DNA of 64,000 bases from Candidatus Saccharimonadota bacterium (GTDB lineage Bacteria; Patescibacteriota; Saccharimonadia; Saccharimonadales; AWTP1-31). Location: positions 26,711-90,710 of the forward strand of contig RXKC01000007.1 in assembly GCA_003962975.1 (NCBI GenBank), written 5' to 3'. Below the pieces are notes generated by a model. That model saw nothing but the letters and a program-made list of their open reading frames with translations. It was not told the DNA's origin and made no database searches. Below, one piece after another: positions 17,673 to 27,611 of this stretch. The translations under genes were made by a program, and so were the position numbers. Each line of letters begins with the position of its first letter. Position 1 is the first letter of the stretch.

Positions 17673-19214
17673 CTACCGTTCGTAAGTATATTTAATGCCC
17701 CGCTCTTGGGCTGCCTTCATCCACTGATTATTCCCAAATAACATTGCAAGCGCCGCAACACGGTGTTGGCCCTTTGCTACACCACCGTCCTGCTTTGCAT
17801 TAAGCTGTATAATCTCTCTGTTGCCTCGCACAACATCAAACTTACCAGTCAGTAAATCAGTCATGAGTTCTGCTACATAAAGATGGGAAGGAATGGTTGC
17901 AACCTGACGTCCGTTACGTAGTGCCTCGTTCCGTTGCTTGCCAACATTACCCCTAACCCTATCACCAAACCATTGGTACGGTGAGTTTGGGTCATCCTGC
18001 ATTCTTGATTCAATTGCAACGGCGTTCTCGATCTGGCGGGTCAGTTCCGCTAGACGCTCAGGACTAACACCACCCGCCAGTTCATCTGCCCAGGCTTTAA
18101 CCTGCTCATTGCGCACCGGCATCTCATTCTCGGCTGCTGTCTCAGTAGGTGCTTCATCCTGAACTGTAACGCCAAGTCGACTTAGCATATCAACCAGACT
18201 ACGATCAGAGTCAGCTAGTTTTTCACTTAAGGCAGGTAGCTGGGTTTCAAGTGCTTTCCTGACAAGACGCCCCTGCTCCATATCCAGTTGTGGATTAGTC
18301 TTCTTGTACACAATGGTCATGGCTTTTGTGCGTTGATTTAGGAGCCTCAGTTGATTTTGGTATTGGCCTAACTCTGAACGCAGTGATTTTGGTAACAGGT
18401 GCGTTTTACCACCTGTAAGTTCAGTCAGTTTCCGGAAGCCAGGCCCGTCAAGAAAACGATCAAAGGCTTCTTTGTCAGCATGCGCTACATAGGTCGTACC
18501 ACTACCACGATCAGTCTTTTTGAGACCTACTGCGACAGACTGGCGGACTGGATCAAATTCAGTAAGGTAATCTAACGCCGCCTTTATCTTCTCTCGTTCG
18601 TTTCTTAGGGAAGTAACAGCGGCCTCCACTGTGACCTCTGGCGATAGCCCCCATTGCTCACTTAGCTCAGCCATAGCTACCTGCTGTGAATACGTAAGCT
18701 CGCCTTGTTCCTGCTGATCGCTGCGTCCTTCTTCGGCTAGAGATGCGGGCTGCTCTTCGGGGTATTCCATGTCTACTGTCATGTCCTCATCGTCAAACGT
18801 GTCATCAGCTTGCGTGTCTGCAACTGGTTCCATCGCTTCTACTAGACCTGACTCTTCAACGGCTACTTCTCCAATAGCATGAGCAGTCTCCTGATCTGCC
18901 TGAGTTTCGGGTGTAGCTAAACCTTCGTACCATGCCTTAGGTGCTGTGTCCTCTATATCCGGAGTATTCCAGTCACGAAGGTCGCTCACACGAACCCACT
19001 TTTCCATAATCTGATCCCCGGCTTGCGCACTCACGCGTGCGACATCAAGGGGCTGCTGAGTATTAGGATCAATTGCTCGCCCTAACTCTGCGACTTGCCA
19101 TCCACCCTCCATATGACCAGCGCCTCTTTTTACATTTACCATATCAGGAAGACCCAACTGTTGTGCTGGGGAAACATATTGTTCAGCTGACGATGGGCTC
19201 TGCGCTGGAGGCAT
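17673..19214 (-). CDS. Hypothetical acidic protein with a C-terminal ParB/Srx-superfamily-like motif (KGQHRVAAL)
   Basis: The central region is a long D/E-rich low-complexity segment. The C-terminal GQHR motif resembles the DGQHR/ParB-like nuclease fold. The promoter-like region is shared with the next gene. Confidence 0.35.
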   Translation of the reverse strand: MPPAQSPSSAEQYVSPAQQLGLPDMVNVKRGAGHMEGGWQVAELGRAIDPNTQQPLDVARVSAQAGDQIMEKWVRVSDLRDWNTPDIEDTAPKAWYEGLATPETQADQETAHAIGEVAVEESGLVEAMEPVADTQADDTFDDEDMTVDMEYPEEQPASLAEEGRSDQQEQGELTYSQQVAMAELSEQWGLSPEVTVEAAVTSLRNEREKIKAALDYLTEFDPVRQSVAVGLKKTDRGSGTTYVAHADKEAFDRFLDGPGFRKLTELTGGKTHLLPKSLRSELGQYQNQLRLLNQRTKAMTIVYKKTNPQLDMEQGRLVRKALETQLPALSEKLADSDRSLVDMLSRLGVTVQDEAPTETAAENEMPVRNEQVKAWADELAGGVSPERLAELTRQIENAVAIESRMQDDPNSPYQWFGDRVRGNVGKQRNEALRNGRQVATIPSHLYVAELMTDLLTGKFDVVRGNREIIQLNAKQDGGVAKGQHRVAALAMLFGNNQWMKAAQERGIKYTYER

Positions 19215-19249
19215 TTTTTTGTATAGTTTTTATTTGTGAATAACACTAT

Positions 19250-19281
19250 AACATTAGCATAATATTGCTATTTTAGCAATA
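19250..19281 (-). promoter_or_regulatory. Promoter-like motif ACATTAGCATAATAT plus palindrome TATTGCTA-ttt-TAGCAATA upstream of 17673..19214
   Basis: Minus-strand reading TTGCTA-N17-TAATGT. The 8-bp-arm inverted repeat overlaps the -35 element. Confidence 0.45.
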
Positions 19282-19310
19282 GAGTTTTAAAGCTAATTTA
19301 AGGGTATTAG

Positions 19311-20144
19311 CTATAGATCAGCAGTAGGCTGATATGCGGCAACTGTCTGTCCTGCACATTGCTCTAAATACGCAAACACTTCTTCGATGTTCGTACTAAC
19401 TACTCGCTCAGTGCCGTGTTGCAACGATCGTATTGAGTCATTACCAACCCTCGCATGCTCAAGGCCACCATCGACACCAAAACGCAGATGAGCACTAGCG
19501 CCGTCTGACGGATCGTCATTTGAGTGAACATATATATCCGTATATCCTGCAGATGGACGAAGGTTGTCGTCATATGGCGCATGATAGGTAATATGGATGA
19601 GATCAGCCCGCACAGAATGACTCCATGATTGTGCTCCAATATGATCTATCACCAAAGTTGGTGCTTCACCTAGAAGCGCTGTCGCGCGTATTTTCTCTGT
19701 GTCTGCGCTGGCCCCAAAACGAAAGTGGTTGTTCCACTGCAATTTGTCACCAGGCTTATATGGACCGCCTATTGGGCGGCTCTTAGCATCTTCAATAAGT
19801 ACAGCTGCCCAGCCCGGGTAACTTGCTGACTGATGAGGGATATCAATGGCGGTTTGCAGCAGCTTTATTGCGCCTTTGTTAGGCCCTACGGCTTCATCAA
19901 CAGCAACAGCCATTTGGTGGCGCCACATCTGGTCAATGCCATTGTTTTGGCGTTCTATGTCTCGGTATGACACCCTACCTATTCCGTGCGCCATGCGGTG
20001 TAATCGACTGGTCTCTTGAGCTGGACGCAAAGGCTCACCTCGAGTAGCTGCGCCGTAGGTGCTAAGCAACGAGGGTTTATCTTTTCGTGAAGAATTCTTT
20101 GCCATATCAATATAAACATTAGCATAATATATACAAAAAAGCAA
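19311..20144 (-). CDS. Hypothetical protein (likely start at MAKNSS, 20105)
   Basis: 277-aa ORF. No confident family assignment. Confidence 0.4.
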   Translation of the reverse strand: MLFCIYYANVYIDMAKNSSRKDKPSLLSTYGAATRGEPLRPAQETSRLHRMAHGIGRVSYRDIERQNNGIDQMWRHQMAVAVDEAVGPNKGAIKLLQTAIDIPHQSASYPGWAAVLIEDAKSRPIGGPYKPGDKLQWNNHFRFGASADTEKIRATALLGEAPTLVIDHIGAQSWSHSVRADLIHITYHAPYDDNLRPSAGYTDIYVHSNDDPSDGASAHLRFGVDGGLEHARVGNDSIRSLQHGTERVVSTNIEEVFAYLEQCAGQTVAAYQPTADL

Positions 20145-20163
20145 TAGCAGTATCTGCTATTGC
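20115..20163 (-). promoter_or_regulatory. Second copy of ACATTAGCATAATAT plus palindrome GCAATAGCAG-tat-CTGCTATTGC
   Basis: A 16/16 identical core to the 19250 site. Perfect 10-bp-arm inverted repeat. Minus-strand reading TTGCTT-N17-TAATGT. Confidence 0.45.
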
Positions 20164-20187
20164 TTTAGTTCTGGCTCTGTTTTGAGA

Positions 20188-20622
20188 CTAAACAGTTAGG
20201 TGATGCTTGATGCGCTCTACTACATCGGCAATCACGACTTGAGACTTAACCAAGTAATCGTCAGCACCGAGGCTTTGGGCACGCTCTTTGTCACTATCTT
20301 GGCTAAGTGCCGTTAACATTACTACTTTCACCTTAGCGGTTTCAGGAGTGTTGCGGAGGATATCCAAGACATCAAAGCCGCTTACTTTTGGCATCATCAC
20401 GTCCAGGACAATCAGGTCAGGACGGTACTCTAATGCACCTGCGAGAGCATCTTCCCCGTTAGGTACCCTTTTTACATCGAAGCCTTCAGCCTGTAATCTG
20501 GTTTGATAAACGCTGGCTAGCGCATCATCATCTTCGACGAGCAGAATCTTATGTTGCTTGGTTGCGGGTTTTGTTGGTTCATCCATAGTGCTAATGGTAG
20601 TATATTCTACCCACTTTGGCAA
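20188..20622 (-). CDS. Single-domain response regulator (CheY-like receiver); probable start at MDEP
   Basis: Canonical LLVEDDD, LIVLDVMMP (phospho-Asp), MLTA and YLVKS residues. Confidence 0.8.
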   Translation of the reverse strand: MPKWVEYTTISTMDEPTKPATKQHKILLVEDDDALASVYQTRLQAEGFDVKRVPNGEDALAGALEYRPDLIVLDVMMPKVSGFDVLDILRNTPETAKVKVVMLTALSQDSDKERAQSLGADDYLVKSQVVIADVVERIKHHLTV

Positions 20623-20626
20623 CGAG

Positions 20627-22234
20627 CTAGTGCTTTTTCTTGAGACTGCCGATGAATCCTAGGAACATAGGATGCGGTACATTCGGTCGCGATAAGAATT
20701 CTGGATGAAATTGACTGGCTAGAAAGAATGGATGGTTTTTAGCTTCGATCATCTCTACTAAAGTGCCGTCGGGTGATTTACCAACTGGGATAATACCCCA
20801 TGACTCATACTGTGCAACGTATTCGTTGTTAGCCTCATAGCGGTGTCGGTGTCGTTCGGTAATAGTATCTGAACCATATAGCTCAACAGCTTTGCTGCCC
20901 TTTTGAATAACGCACGGGTAGTCGCCAAGACGCATGGTACCACCAGTGTTTTCTTTACCTTTTTGGTCGTGCATAGTAGCGATGACAAGCTCAGAACCCT
21001 TAGGATCTAGCTCTTCAGAACTTGCCTTAGTGAGCCCAGCATTGCGGGCTGCGGCGATTACCCCTACTTGCATCCCAAGGCAGAGTCCTAGATACGGCAT
21101 TTTGTTGGTTAGCGCGTATTGTGCTGCCGCAATTTTGCCTTCGACACCTCGTGAACCAAAGCCGCCAGGCACTACAATGCCATCAAGTCCAGCAAAAAGA
21201 TCTGTAGGATCAGCTGTTTTCTGCAGTTTTTCAGCATCAACCCACTGAATATCTAGATCAACTTTATGTTCCCATGCAGCCGCCCGCAAGGCTTCGAATA
21301 CTGACATATAGGTGTCTTGGTTATCCATATATTTGGCGACGACACCTACTTTTACGGTTGGTGAACGCTTGGATAAAATAGTTTCGACCAGTTTTTTCCA
21401 GTCGGTCAGCTCTGGCTTATGAGATGGTAAGTCGAGCCAATCAACAATGTAGTTACCAATACCCTGTTCTTCTAAGGTCAATGGCACTTCATAGACGGTT
21501 CGCGCATTTGGCAAGATGGCAATACCTGTTTCGGGTACGCCACAAAACGCACTTAATTTGGCTCTGATTTTGTCGCCAGAAGTTGCCTGCTCGCTTCGTG
21601 CGACAAGCACATTCGGCACAATACCCATACTCCTGAGGTCACGTACTGCGTTCTGAGCAGGCTTTGTCTTAATCTCTTGGCTGGTCGACAAGTAAGGCAT
21701 GTACACGACCTGAACGTTTAAGCTGTTCTTGGCACCAACTTTTGCACCCAGTTCGCGAATAGCTTCAAAGAAAGCTGGGCTTTCGTAGTCGCCTACTGTG
21801 CCACCAATTTCAACGATATGAACATCGAAGCCTTCGGCTGCCTGCTCTACTACATCGATAGTCGCATTGGTAAGATGTGGCACCATTTGCACCGTCTTGC
21901 CCAAGAATTTACCGGCTCGCTCGTCGTTTATCAGATTACGCAAAATACGACCGCTCATAACTGAACTTTTGTTTGTAAGCTGGATATTTAGAAATCGTTC
22001 GTAGTGACCTAGATCGAGATCTGTTTCTGCGCCATCTTTGGTAACAAAGCATTCACCATGTTCGGCTGGATTGAGAGTACCGGCATCTACATTGAGATAC
22101 GGATCGAGTTTTTGGATGTTGACCTTGAGGCCGCGAGCTTGCAATATATTGCCGATTGAGGCGGCGGTGATACCCTTTCCTAATCCGGAAAGCACACCTC
22201 CTGTAACAAATATATACTTAGGCTCTCGTGCCAA
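20627..22234 (-). CDS. pyrG: CTP synthase
   Basis: KYIFVTGGVLSGLGKG P-loop and a C-terminal glutamine amidotransferase domain (GLCLGMQ). 535 aa. Confidence 0.9.
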   Translation of the reverse strand: MAREPKYIFVTGGVLSGLGKGITAASIGNILQARGLKVNIQKLDPYLNVDAGTLNPAEHGECFVTKDGAETDLDLGHYERFLNIQLTNKSSVMSGRILRNLINDERAGKFLGKTVQMVPHLTNATIDVVEQAAEGFDVHIVEIGGTVGDYESPAFFEAIRELGAKVGAKNSLNVQVVYMPYLSTSQEIKTKPAQNAVRDLRSMGIVPNVLVARSEQATSGDKIRAKLSAFCGVPETGIAILPNARTVYEVPLTLEEQGIGNYIVDWLDLPSHKPELTDWKKLVETILSKRSPTVKVGVVAKYMDNQDTYMSVFEALRAAAWEHKVDLDIQWVDAEKLQKTADPTDLFAGLDGIVVPGGFGSRGVEGKIAAAQYALTNKMPYLGLCLGMQVGVIAAARNAGLTKASSEELDPKGSELVIATMHDQKGKENTGGTMRLGDYPCVIQKGSKAVELYGSDTITERHRHRYEANNEYVAQYESWGIIPVGKSPDGTLVEMIEAKNHPFFLASQFHPEFLSRPNVPHPMFLGFIGSLKKKH

Positions 22235-22309
22235 CGTCTCACACCTCTCGTTTACTTGGCACAGTCTACCAGATTATGCGCCCGCTTACAAACCCAAAAA
22301 GCTACTGCT

Positions 22310-23539
22310 TTATTTACGCAGTTCCGCTTGTGCCGCATCGAGCTGCGGGTCCTTGCCGGCCTTAATATCGTCTGCACTACGTTCGACAGCTTTATCTGGC
22401 TTAATACCTTCTTTGTCGATGTTCTTACCCTTAGGGGTAAACCAGCGAGCTATAGTAACCTTTAAAATGCCGCCATTCGATAGGTTCTGGGGACTCTGTA
22501 CACTACCCTTACCAAAACTCTTTGTACCTAGTAGCTTAGCAACGCCGTTGTCATGTAAGGCACCAGCAACAATTTCACTGGCACTAGCGCTTCCTTCGTC
22601 AATCAACACCACAGTAGGTAGTCCTTTGAGGACTGGATCGCCACTGGCTCTATATGTCTTAATAGTAACACCGTCACGCTTTTCTTCTAGTACCACTTGG
22701 CCATCGAGCCATAAGCTTGAAACATCAACAGCCGAGTCTAGATAGCCACCTGGATTACCACGTAGATCGAGAACAATACTCTTAGCGCCCTGCTCTTTTA
22801 ATTGTCCTGCTTTTGATTGAGCAAGTTCTGTAGTGTCATCGCCAAACTGAGAAATCTTTAGGTAGCCAATATTGCCGTCAAGCATTTTTGATTCCACACT
22901 TGCGATATCAATCTGTTGCCGGGTGATTTCAAAGCTTAAGTCCTCTGCGCCGCCCCTAATGATGCGGAGTTTTACAACCGTACCTTTAGGGCCTCTGATT
23001 TTGTCACGAGCCTGGTCAACCGTCCAACCAGCCGTACTTTTACCGTCAACCTCAGCAATTACATCTTTAGGCTGCACACCGGCAGCCTTGGCAGGAAAAC
23101 CGTCAATTGGCGAGACAATAATTACGTTACCAGATTCATCTTTGCCAAGTTGCGCACCGATGCCTTCAAAGCTTCCGCTCAGTTCACCCTGAAACGCACG
23201 CGCGTCATCTGGGCTGAGATATTCTGTATATGGGTCCCCGCTGGATGCTACTAACCCCGTCTTAAGACCCTCGAGGAGCTTATCAACCTCTAGTTTACCG
23301 TCGTAGTTTTGTCGGAGTTCATCGTAAACCTGTTCGACGCTGGAATAGTCCAGATTTGATGGCAGATCTTTTTGAACGCTATCAAGTCCGCCTGTTATGA
23401 GCGCCAAATGACCCTGACCCGTTTGTACGCCAGCAATAAATATCAGGATGCCTAACAGCACACCGGCAATTTTTTGTTTACCACTAAACTTAGTATTACT
23501 TGCCGTGCGTTCTGGCACGTTAGACCCAATTTCTGGCAC
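22310..23539 (-). CDS. ctp: S41-family C-terminal processing peptidase with PDZ domain
   Basis: LDLRGNPGGYLDSAV catalytic Ser region, PDZ segment, N-terminal TM anchor. Confidence 0.85.
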   Translation of the reverse strand: MPEIGSNVPERTASNTKFSGKQKIAGVLLGILIFIAGVQTGQGHLALITGGLDSVQKDLPSNLDYSSVEQVYDELRQNYDGKLEVDKLLEGLKTGLVASSGDPYTEYLSPDDARAFQGELSGSFEGIGAQLGKDESGNVIIVSPIDGFPAKAAGVQPKDVIAEVDGKSTAGWTVDQARDKIRGPKGTVVKLRIIRGGAEDLSFEITRQQIDIASVESKMLDGNIGYLKISQFGDDTTELAQSKAGQLKEQGAKSIVLDLRGNPGGYLDSAVDVSSLWLDGQVVLEEKRDGVTIKTYRASGDPVLKGLPTVVLIDEGSASASEIVAGALHDNGVAKLLGTKSFGKGSVQSPQNLSNGGILKVTIARWFTPKGKNIDKEGIKPDKAVERSADDIKAGKDPQLDAAQAELRK

Positions 23540-23604
23540 ACACCCTCCTTAGTTATTGTTACTAACTATTGTACAGGAACTACCGTGCAGGTTGCTATTA
23601 TCAA

Positions 23605-24786
23605 CTAGTAGCTTCGAGTCTGATAGCTTAGAGTACCGGTGAGATAGGCATTGTATTCTGAGGTAGTAAAGGTACTGCCAGAGACACTTTCTACATACAT
23701 GGCATGGCCCCAATATCCGCTGGTACTAATGGCGACATCGCCAGGTTCTGGTGTTCGTGTAACGGTGACCCCTCGAGAATAGGCTGCAGCTACCCAATCA
23801 CGAGCATTGCCGTAGTACATTGGCGGTGTGCGACCAGATGCTAGAACTGCCCATGCAGCATACGAAACACATTGTCTTGTGCAGTAGCCCCAAGCATCAG
23901 GACCATCGTTATCGACACAGCCCCCTGGGCTCATACCAAAGCCAGAGTTAGCATACGGATAGGCGTTTGGATCAAAAGCTTGCACTTGACCTGGGAAGCG
24001 CAGGAAATAGTACCCACCGTCAGGGCTAAAGTTTGCTCGACGCTGTGAGGCGATAAGATCAGCAATCTTTGCCTGATTATTCTTGGTTTTTTGATTAAAC
24101 TCAGCCTGCTGACCCTCATTGTAAGAAAGCAAGTTGGCTTGCTCAGCACGGCTACCAGCTAGTTGATCACGCTGACCTTGTTGTTCTTTTAGGAGCTTCT
24201 CTACACTTTCCTTTTTGGCAGTAAGCTCGAATTTCAACTGGGTTATTTTATCAAGAGTCGTACGAATTTTACTTTGCACCGAATTGCGGTACTGCTGTTT
24301 ATCGACAAACTCGCTAAGATCTTTACTCGAAGCCAGCATTTCCAGAGTGCTAATCTTGCCCTCTAAGTACATTGTCTTGATGTTTGTGCCTAGTACAGCC
24401 TTTTGCTTAGTCAGTTCAGCCTCGGCAGCCTGTATTTCGCTTTGTAGCCTGTTCTGCTCGGCAGTGTTGGCATCAATCTTGCCTTGCAATTCATTAATCT
24501 GTGCCTGAAGTTGCGCTATGGCATTTTGGTAGCTTGTGGCTTGCTCGCGTAGCCCTGCGACTTGCCTGCGGTTTTCGGCATTTTGTCGTTCAAGTTCATT
24601 GATTTGCTCTTGAATAGTGGCTGCTTTGGCAGGACGTAACTGCGGAACACTACCCACACCAAGCAAAGCGACCAAAACAAGTACTCCAACAACCGCTGCT
24701 GGCTGCTTGATACGTATCTGTAATTTTTTGAGTTTTTGTTTTAGCATAACCGTTATTATCATACGCTCCTTTGGGACTTTTGGCAA
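23605..24786 (-). CDS. PcsB-like secreted peptidoglycan hydrolase (long coiled-coil plus C-terminal CHAP domain)
   Basis: Signal/TM segment, about 200 aa of heptad-rich coiled coil (QINELERQNAENRRQ...). The C-terminal domain has a GYCTRQC-type Cys and a GHAMYVESV-type His, characteristic of CHAP. It sits immediately downstream of ftsE-ftsX. Confidence 0.65.
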   Translation of the reverse strand: MPKVPKERMIITVMLKQKLKKLQIRIKQPAAVVGVLVLVALLGVGSVPQLRPAKAATIQEQINELERQNAENRRQVAGLREQATSYQNAIAQLQAQINELQGKIDANTAEQNRLQSEIQAAEAELTKQKAVLGTNIKTMYLEGKISTLEMLASSKDLSEFVDKQQYRNSVQSKIRTTLDKITQLKFELTAKKESVEKLLKEQQGQRDQLAGSRAEQANLLSYNEGQQAEFNQKTKNNQAKIADLIASQRRANFSPDGGYYFLRFPGQVQAFDPNAYPYANSGFGMSPGGCVDNDGPDAWGYCTRQCVSYAAWAVLASGRTPPMYYGNARDWVAAAYSRGVTVTRTPEPGDVAISTSGYWGHAMYVESVSGSTFTTSEYNAYLTGTLSYQTRSY

Positions 24787-24806
24787 GACCCCTCCCCTCT
24801 GACCGC

Positions 24807-25751
24807 TTACTTGCTGGTCTTAAATTTGAGATATCGCCTAGTTGCGATAAGTGACGACAACGCGCCAATAAAAATACCTACGAGCAGTTGCAGAAGTAAG
24901 AAGAGCCAAAAATGGCGGGAAAAATATTGGTTTGAGAACTGAATATCGAGTAAGCCCAGGCTGCTAGCTTCGAAAGTCTTAGCAGAAATCGAGAATAGAC
25001 TACGTACAATAGTTATCGACACGAGGCCCGAAACAACACCGTACATAATGCTTTCGACAATAAATGGACCTCGAATAAAGTTAGTACTTGCGCCTAATAA
25101 GCGCATTATGGTCAACTCATCACGTCGGTTAAAGATTGCCATTTGAATAGTATTAAAGATGATCAGCATTGAGATAACAGCGAACACAATCACCCCAGCA
25201 ATGCCTGCGCGCTGAAAGAAGTTGGTTGCACTTGTAATTTTATCGATAGCCGCTTTGCGGTCACCAGAATATGATGTCTCGTCAGACTGCAATGCTTTGA
25301 TCTCAGGTTTTTCTAGGAATGTGCGAATACTTTCGATACGATTTGGGTCTTTAGGCCGAATTTGCAAACTAGCTGGCAGCGGATTCTCGGTTTGCGAAAT
25401 AGCCTGTAGCAGCTCTGGATTATTTGCGTTCTGCTGACGATATACTTTGAGAGCTTCGTCTTTAGTAACAAAGTTAACGTCTCGCACGTTTTCTAAGCCA
25501 CGTACCTGTGTTATCAGGCCATCTAATTGCTTGCTAGTGACTTCATCTTTAATGTAGACCGAAATATCAATGCGGTCAGTAATAGTCTGGATAGTATTTG
25601 CAAACGTTGCATTAGCGATAACCGAAAACAAGATAATTGTCAGGGTTATTACCATGACAGCCATAGCAGCAATCCCAAGCCATGCGTTACGAATAAAGTT
25701 CAGTATTCCGGTGCGCACGATACGGCGCATCATAATCAAGCCTCGCTTCAC
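24807..25751 (-). CDS. ftsX: Cell division permease FtsX
   Basis: 4-TM FtsX topology with a large extracellular loop. 4-nt overlap with ftsE. Confidence 0.8.
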   Translation of the reverse strand: MKRGLIMMRRIVRTGILNFIRNAWLGIAAMAVMVITLTIILFSVIANATFANTIQTITDRIDISVYIKDEVTSKQLDGLITQVRGLENVRDVNFVTKDEALKVYRQQNANNPELLQAISQTENPLPASLQIRPKDPNRIESIRTFLEKPEIKALQSDETSYSGDRKAAIDKITSATNFFQRAGIAGVIVFAVISMLIIFNTIQMAIFNRRDELTIMRLLGASTNFIRGPFIVESIMYGVVSGLVSITIVRSLFSISAKTFEASSLGLLDIQFSNQYFSRHFWLFLLLQLLVGIFIGALSSLIATRRYLKFKTSK

Positions 25752-26428
25752 GCGTGGTACTCCGCATTCGCCCTATCACTTACAACCGTTCCATCTTGGA
25801 TGGTTATCACTCGTCGTTTGAGTTTATTAACGATTTCTTGATTATGGGTAGTCAATAGTACAGTGGTTCCGAAGCGATTGATTTTTTCAAGTACACGTAT
25901 CACATCCCAAGCGTGTTTTGGGTCAAGGTTGCCGGTTGGCTCATCGGCAATAAGAATACGTGGCTGCCGCACGATAGCCCTGGCAATAGCAACACGTTGT
26001 CGTTCACCACCAGAGAGTTCTCTTGGCATGCGCTTCTCTTTACCCTTCAAACCAACGATATCTAAAACACGTGGAACAGTGTGGTCGATTTCTTTATTGC
26101 CCATACCGACGATCTCTAAGGCAAAGGCTACGTTTTCCCAAACAGTTTTATTTGGCAACAGCTTAAAATCTTGGAATACTACGCCAATTTTACGACGCAA
26201 CAGAGGTATTTCTTTATCTTTCAGAGTTTCGTAGTCGATGCCACCAACAATGATCTTGCCGCTGGTTGGCTTCTCTTCTCTGGTCAGGAGTTTAAGTAAG
26301 GTAGATTTGCCGGCACCACTGGGTCCGACAATAATAACAAATTCCTTTGGTTCGACATGAAGACTAATGCGTTCGAGCGCTGGTCCACTGCGATTATACT
26401 TCTTGGTTACCCTATCCAATAAAATCAT
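25748..26428 (-). CDS. ftsE: Cell division ATP-binding protein FtsE
   Basis: Walker A GPSGAGKST, ABC signature LSGGERQR, Walker B ILIADEPT. 226 aa. Confidence 0.85.
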   Translation of the reverse strand: MILLDRVTKKYNRSGPALERISLHVEPKEFVIIVGPSGAGKSTLLKLLTREEKPTSGKIIVGGIDYETLKDKEIPLLRRKIGVVFQDFKLLPNKTVWENVAFALEIVGMGNKEIDHTVPRVLDIVGLKGKEKRMPRELSGGERQRVAIARAIVRQPRILIADEPTGNLDPKHAWDVIRVLEKINRFGTTVLLTTHNQEIVNKLKRRVITIQDGTVVSDRANAEYHA

Positions 26429-26522
26429 GCTTATTCATTATACCAAACCGCTTGTGCTGGATCAGCATAAATATCAAATCTTTTCAAAAGCAATGATTTT
26501 GTTGTCGTTAGCCTTAGTAAGA

Positions 26523-27611
26523 CTACTCGGCACCTAGGTTCTGTTCTAGGTAGGCATCAATAAACGGATCTAGGTTTCCGTCCAGAACGCCCTCGGCGTC
26601 ACTCGTCTCGTGGCGCGTACGCAAGTCTTTTACTTGTTTGTACGGATGCAGCACATAGCTACGAATCTGATTACCCCATTCTGCTGACTGGTTTGGACCT
26701 TTAAGCTCACTCAAGTGTTCTTGGTGCTGCTCGAGCTGCATAGCCGCAAGACGAGAGCGCAAAATAGTCATGGCTGTTTCTTTATTTTGCAACTGCGATC
26801 GCTCATTCTGAATCGCAACCGAGACACCTGTCGGAATATGCGTAATACGCACTGCAGAGTCAGTCGTATTAACGCTTTGACCACCGTGCCCACCAGCTCT
26901 GTACACGTCAATTTTTAGTTCTTTAGCATCAATCTCGAGTTCATTCGGACTATCTATCTTTGGCATAACCTCGGCTTTAGCAAAGCTTGTTTGACGTAAG
27001 TTGTCAGAGTTAAAAGGACTCAGTCGCACTAAACGATGTACGCCAGCCTCTCCAGCTAGTTTGCCGTACACAAATGATCCGCTAATTTCTAGTGTCGCAC
27101 GCTTCAGCCCGGCCTCGTCACCAGCTGCTTCGTCCAATAAAGTTACCTGCAATTTTTGTTGCTCCGCCCAACGGCTATACATACGCAGCAACATGGCCGT
27201 CCAGTCCTGGGCATCAGTACCGCCCGCGCCGGCAGATAAGGTCAGGACTGCATCGTGGTCATCATATTTACCACTGAAACGCAGGACGCTCTTTAGTTGA
27301 TCAAAGTCTTGCTGGCATTCAGTAAGCTGTTTCTGCAAATCATTAAGCAGCGTCTGATCCTGCAACTCAATAAGTTCACCTGTTTCCTGCAACTTCTTGC
27401 CCAGTAACTGCCAGGGCTCAATACGATTTTTAATACCTGCCTGCTGTTTAACGATTTCTTGCGCCTTAGCTGCATCACTCCAAAAGTCTGGCGCAAGAGC
27501 TTGAGCATCTAAGTCCGCAAGTTCACTAGCCAGCGTTTCAATATGTAGCTTTGAAACAGCCCTGTCGTAGTCTTGCTTCAGGACTTGATACTGCTTTTGA
27601 AGCTCTTCCAT
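26523..27611 (-). CDS. prfB: Peptide chain release factor 2, encoded in a single frame with no programmed frameshift site
   Basis: SPF tripeptide (VRLSPFNS) and GGQ motif (GHGGQSVN). The 362-aa ORF is uninterrupted. Confidence 0.9.
   Translation of the reverse strand: MEELQKQYQVLKQDYDRAVSKLHIETLASELADLDAQALAPDFWSDAAKAQEIVKQQAGIKNRIEPWQLLGKKLQETGELIELQDQTLLNDLQKQLTECQQDFDQLKSVLRFSGKYDDHDAVLTLSAGAGGTDAQDWTAMLLRMYSRWAEQQKLQVTLLDEAAGDEAGLKRATLEISGSFVYGKLAGEAGVHRLVRLSPFNSDNLRQTSFAKAEVMPKIDSPNELEIDAKELKIDVYRAGGHGGQSVNTTDSAVRITHIPTGVSVAIQNERSQLQNKETAMTILRSRLAAMQLEQHQEHLSELKGPNQSAEWGNQIRSYVLHPYKQVKDLRTRHETSDAEGVLDGNLDPFIDAYLEQNLGAE

Noticed and set aside
22038-22745. 235-aa plus-strand ORF
   Set aside because: It lies antisense across the pyrG start and the ctp 3' end. 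The product is low-complexity (Ser/Leu/Pro-rich), typical of a spurious shadow ORF.
26523-27611. Programmed +1 frameshift in prfB
   Set aside because: The RF2 ORF is continuous from MEELQ to the C-terminus in one frame, and no CTT-TGA-C site is present.
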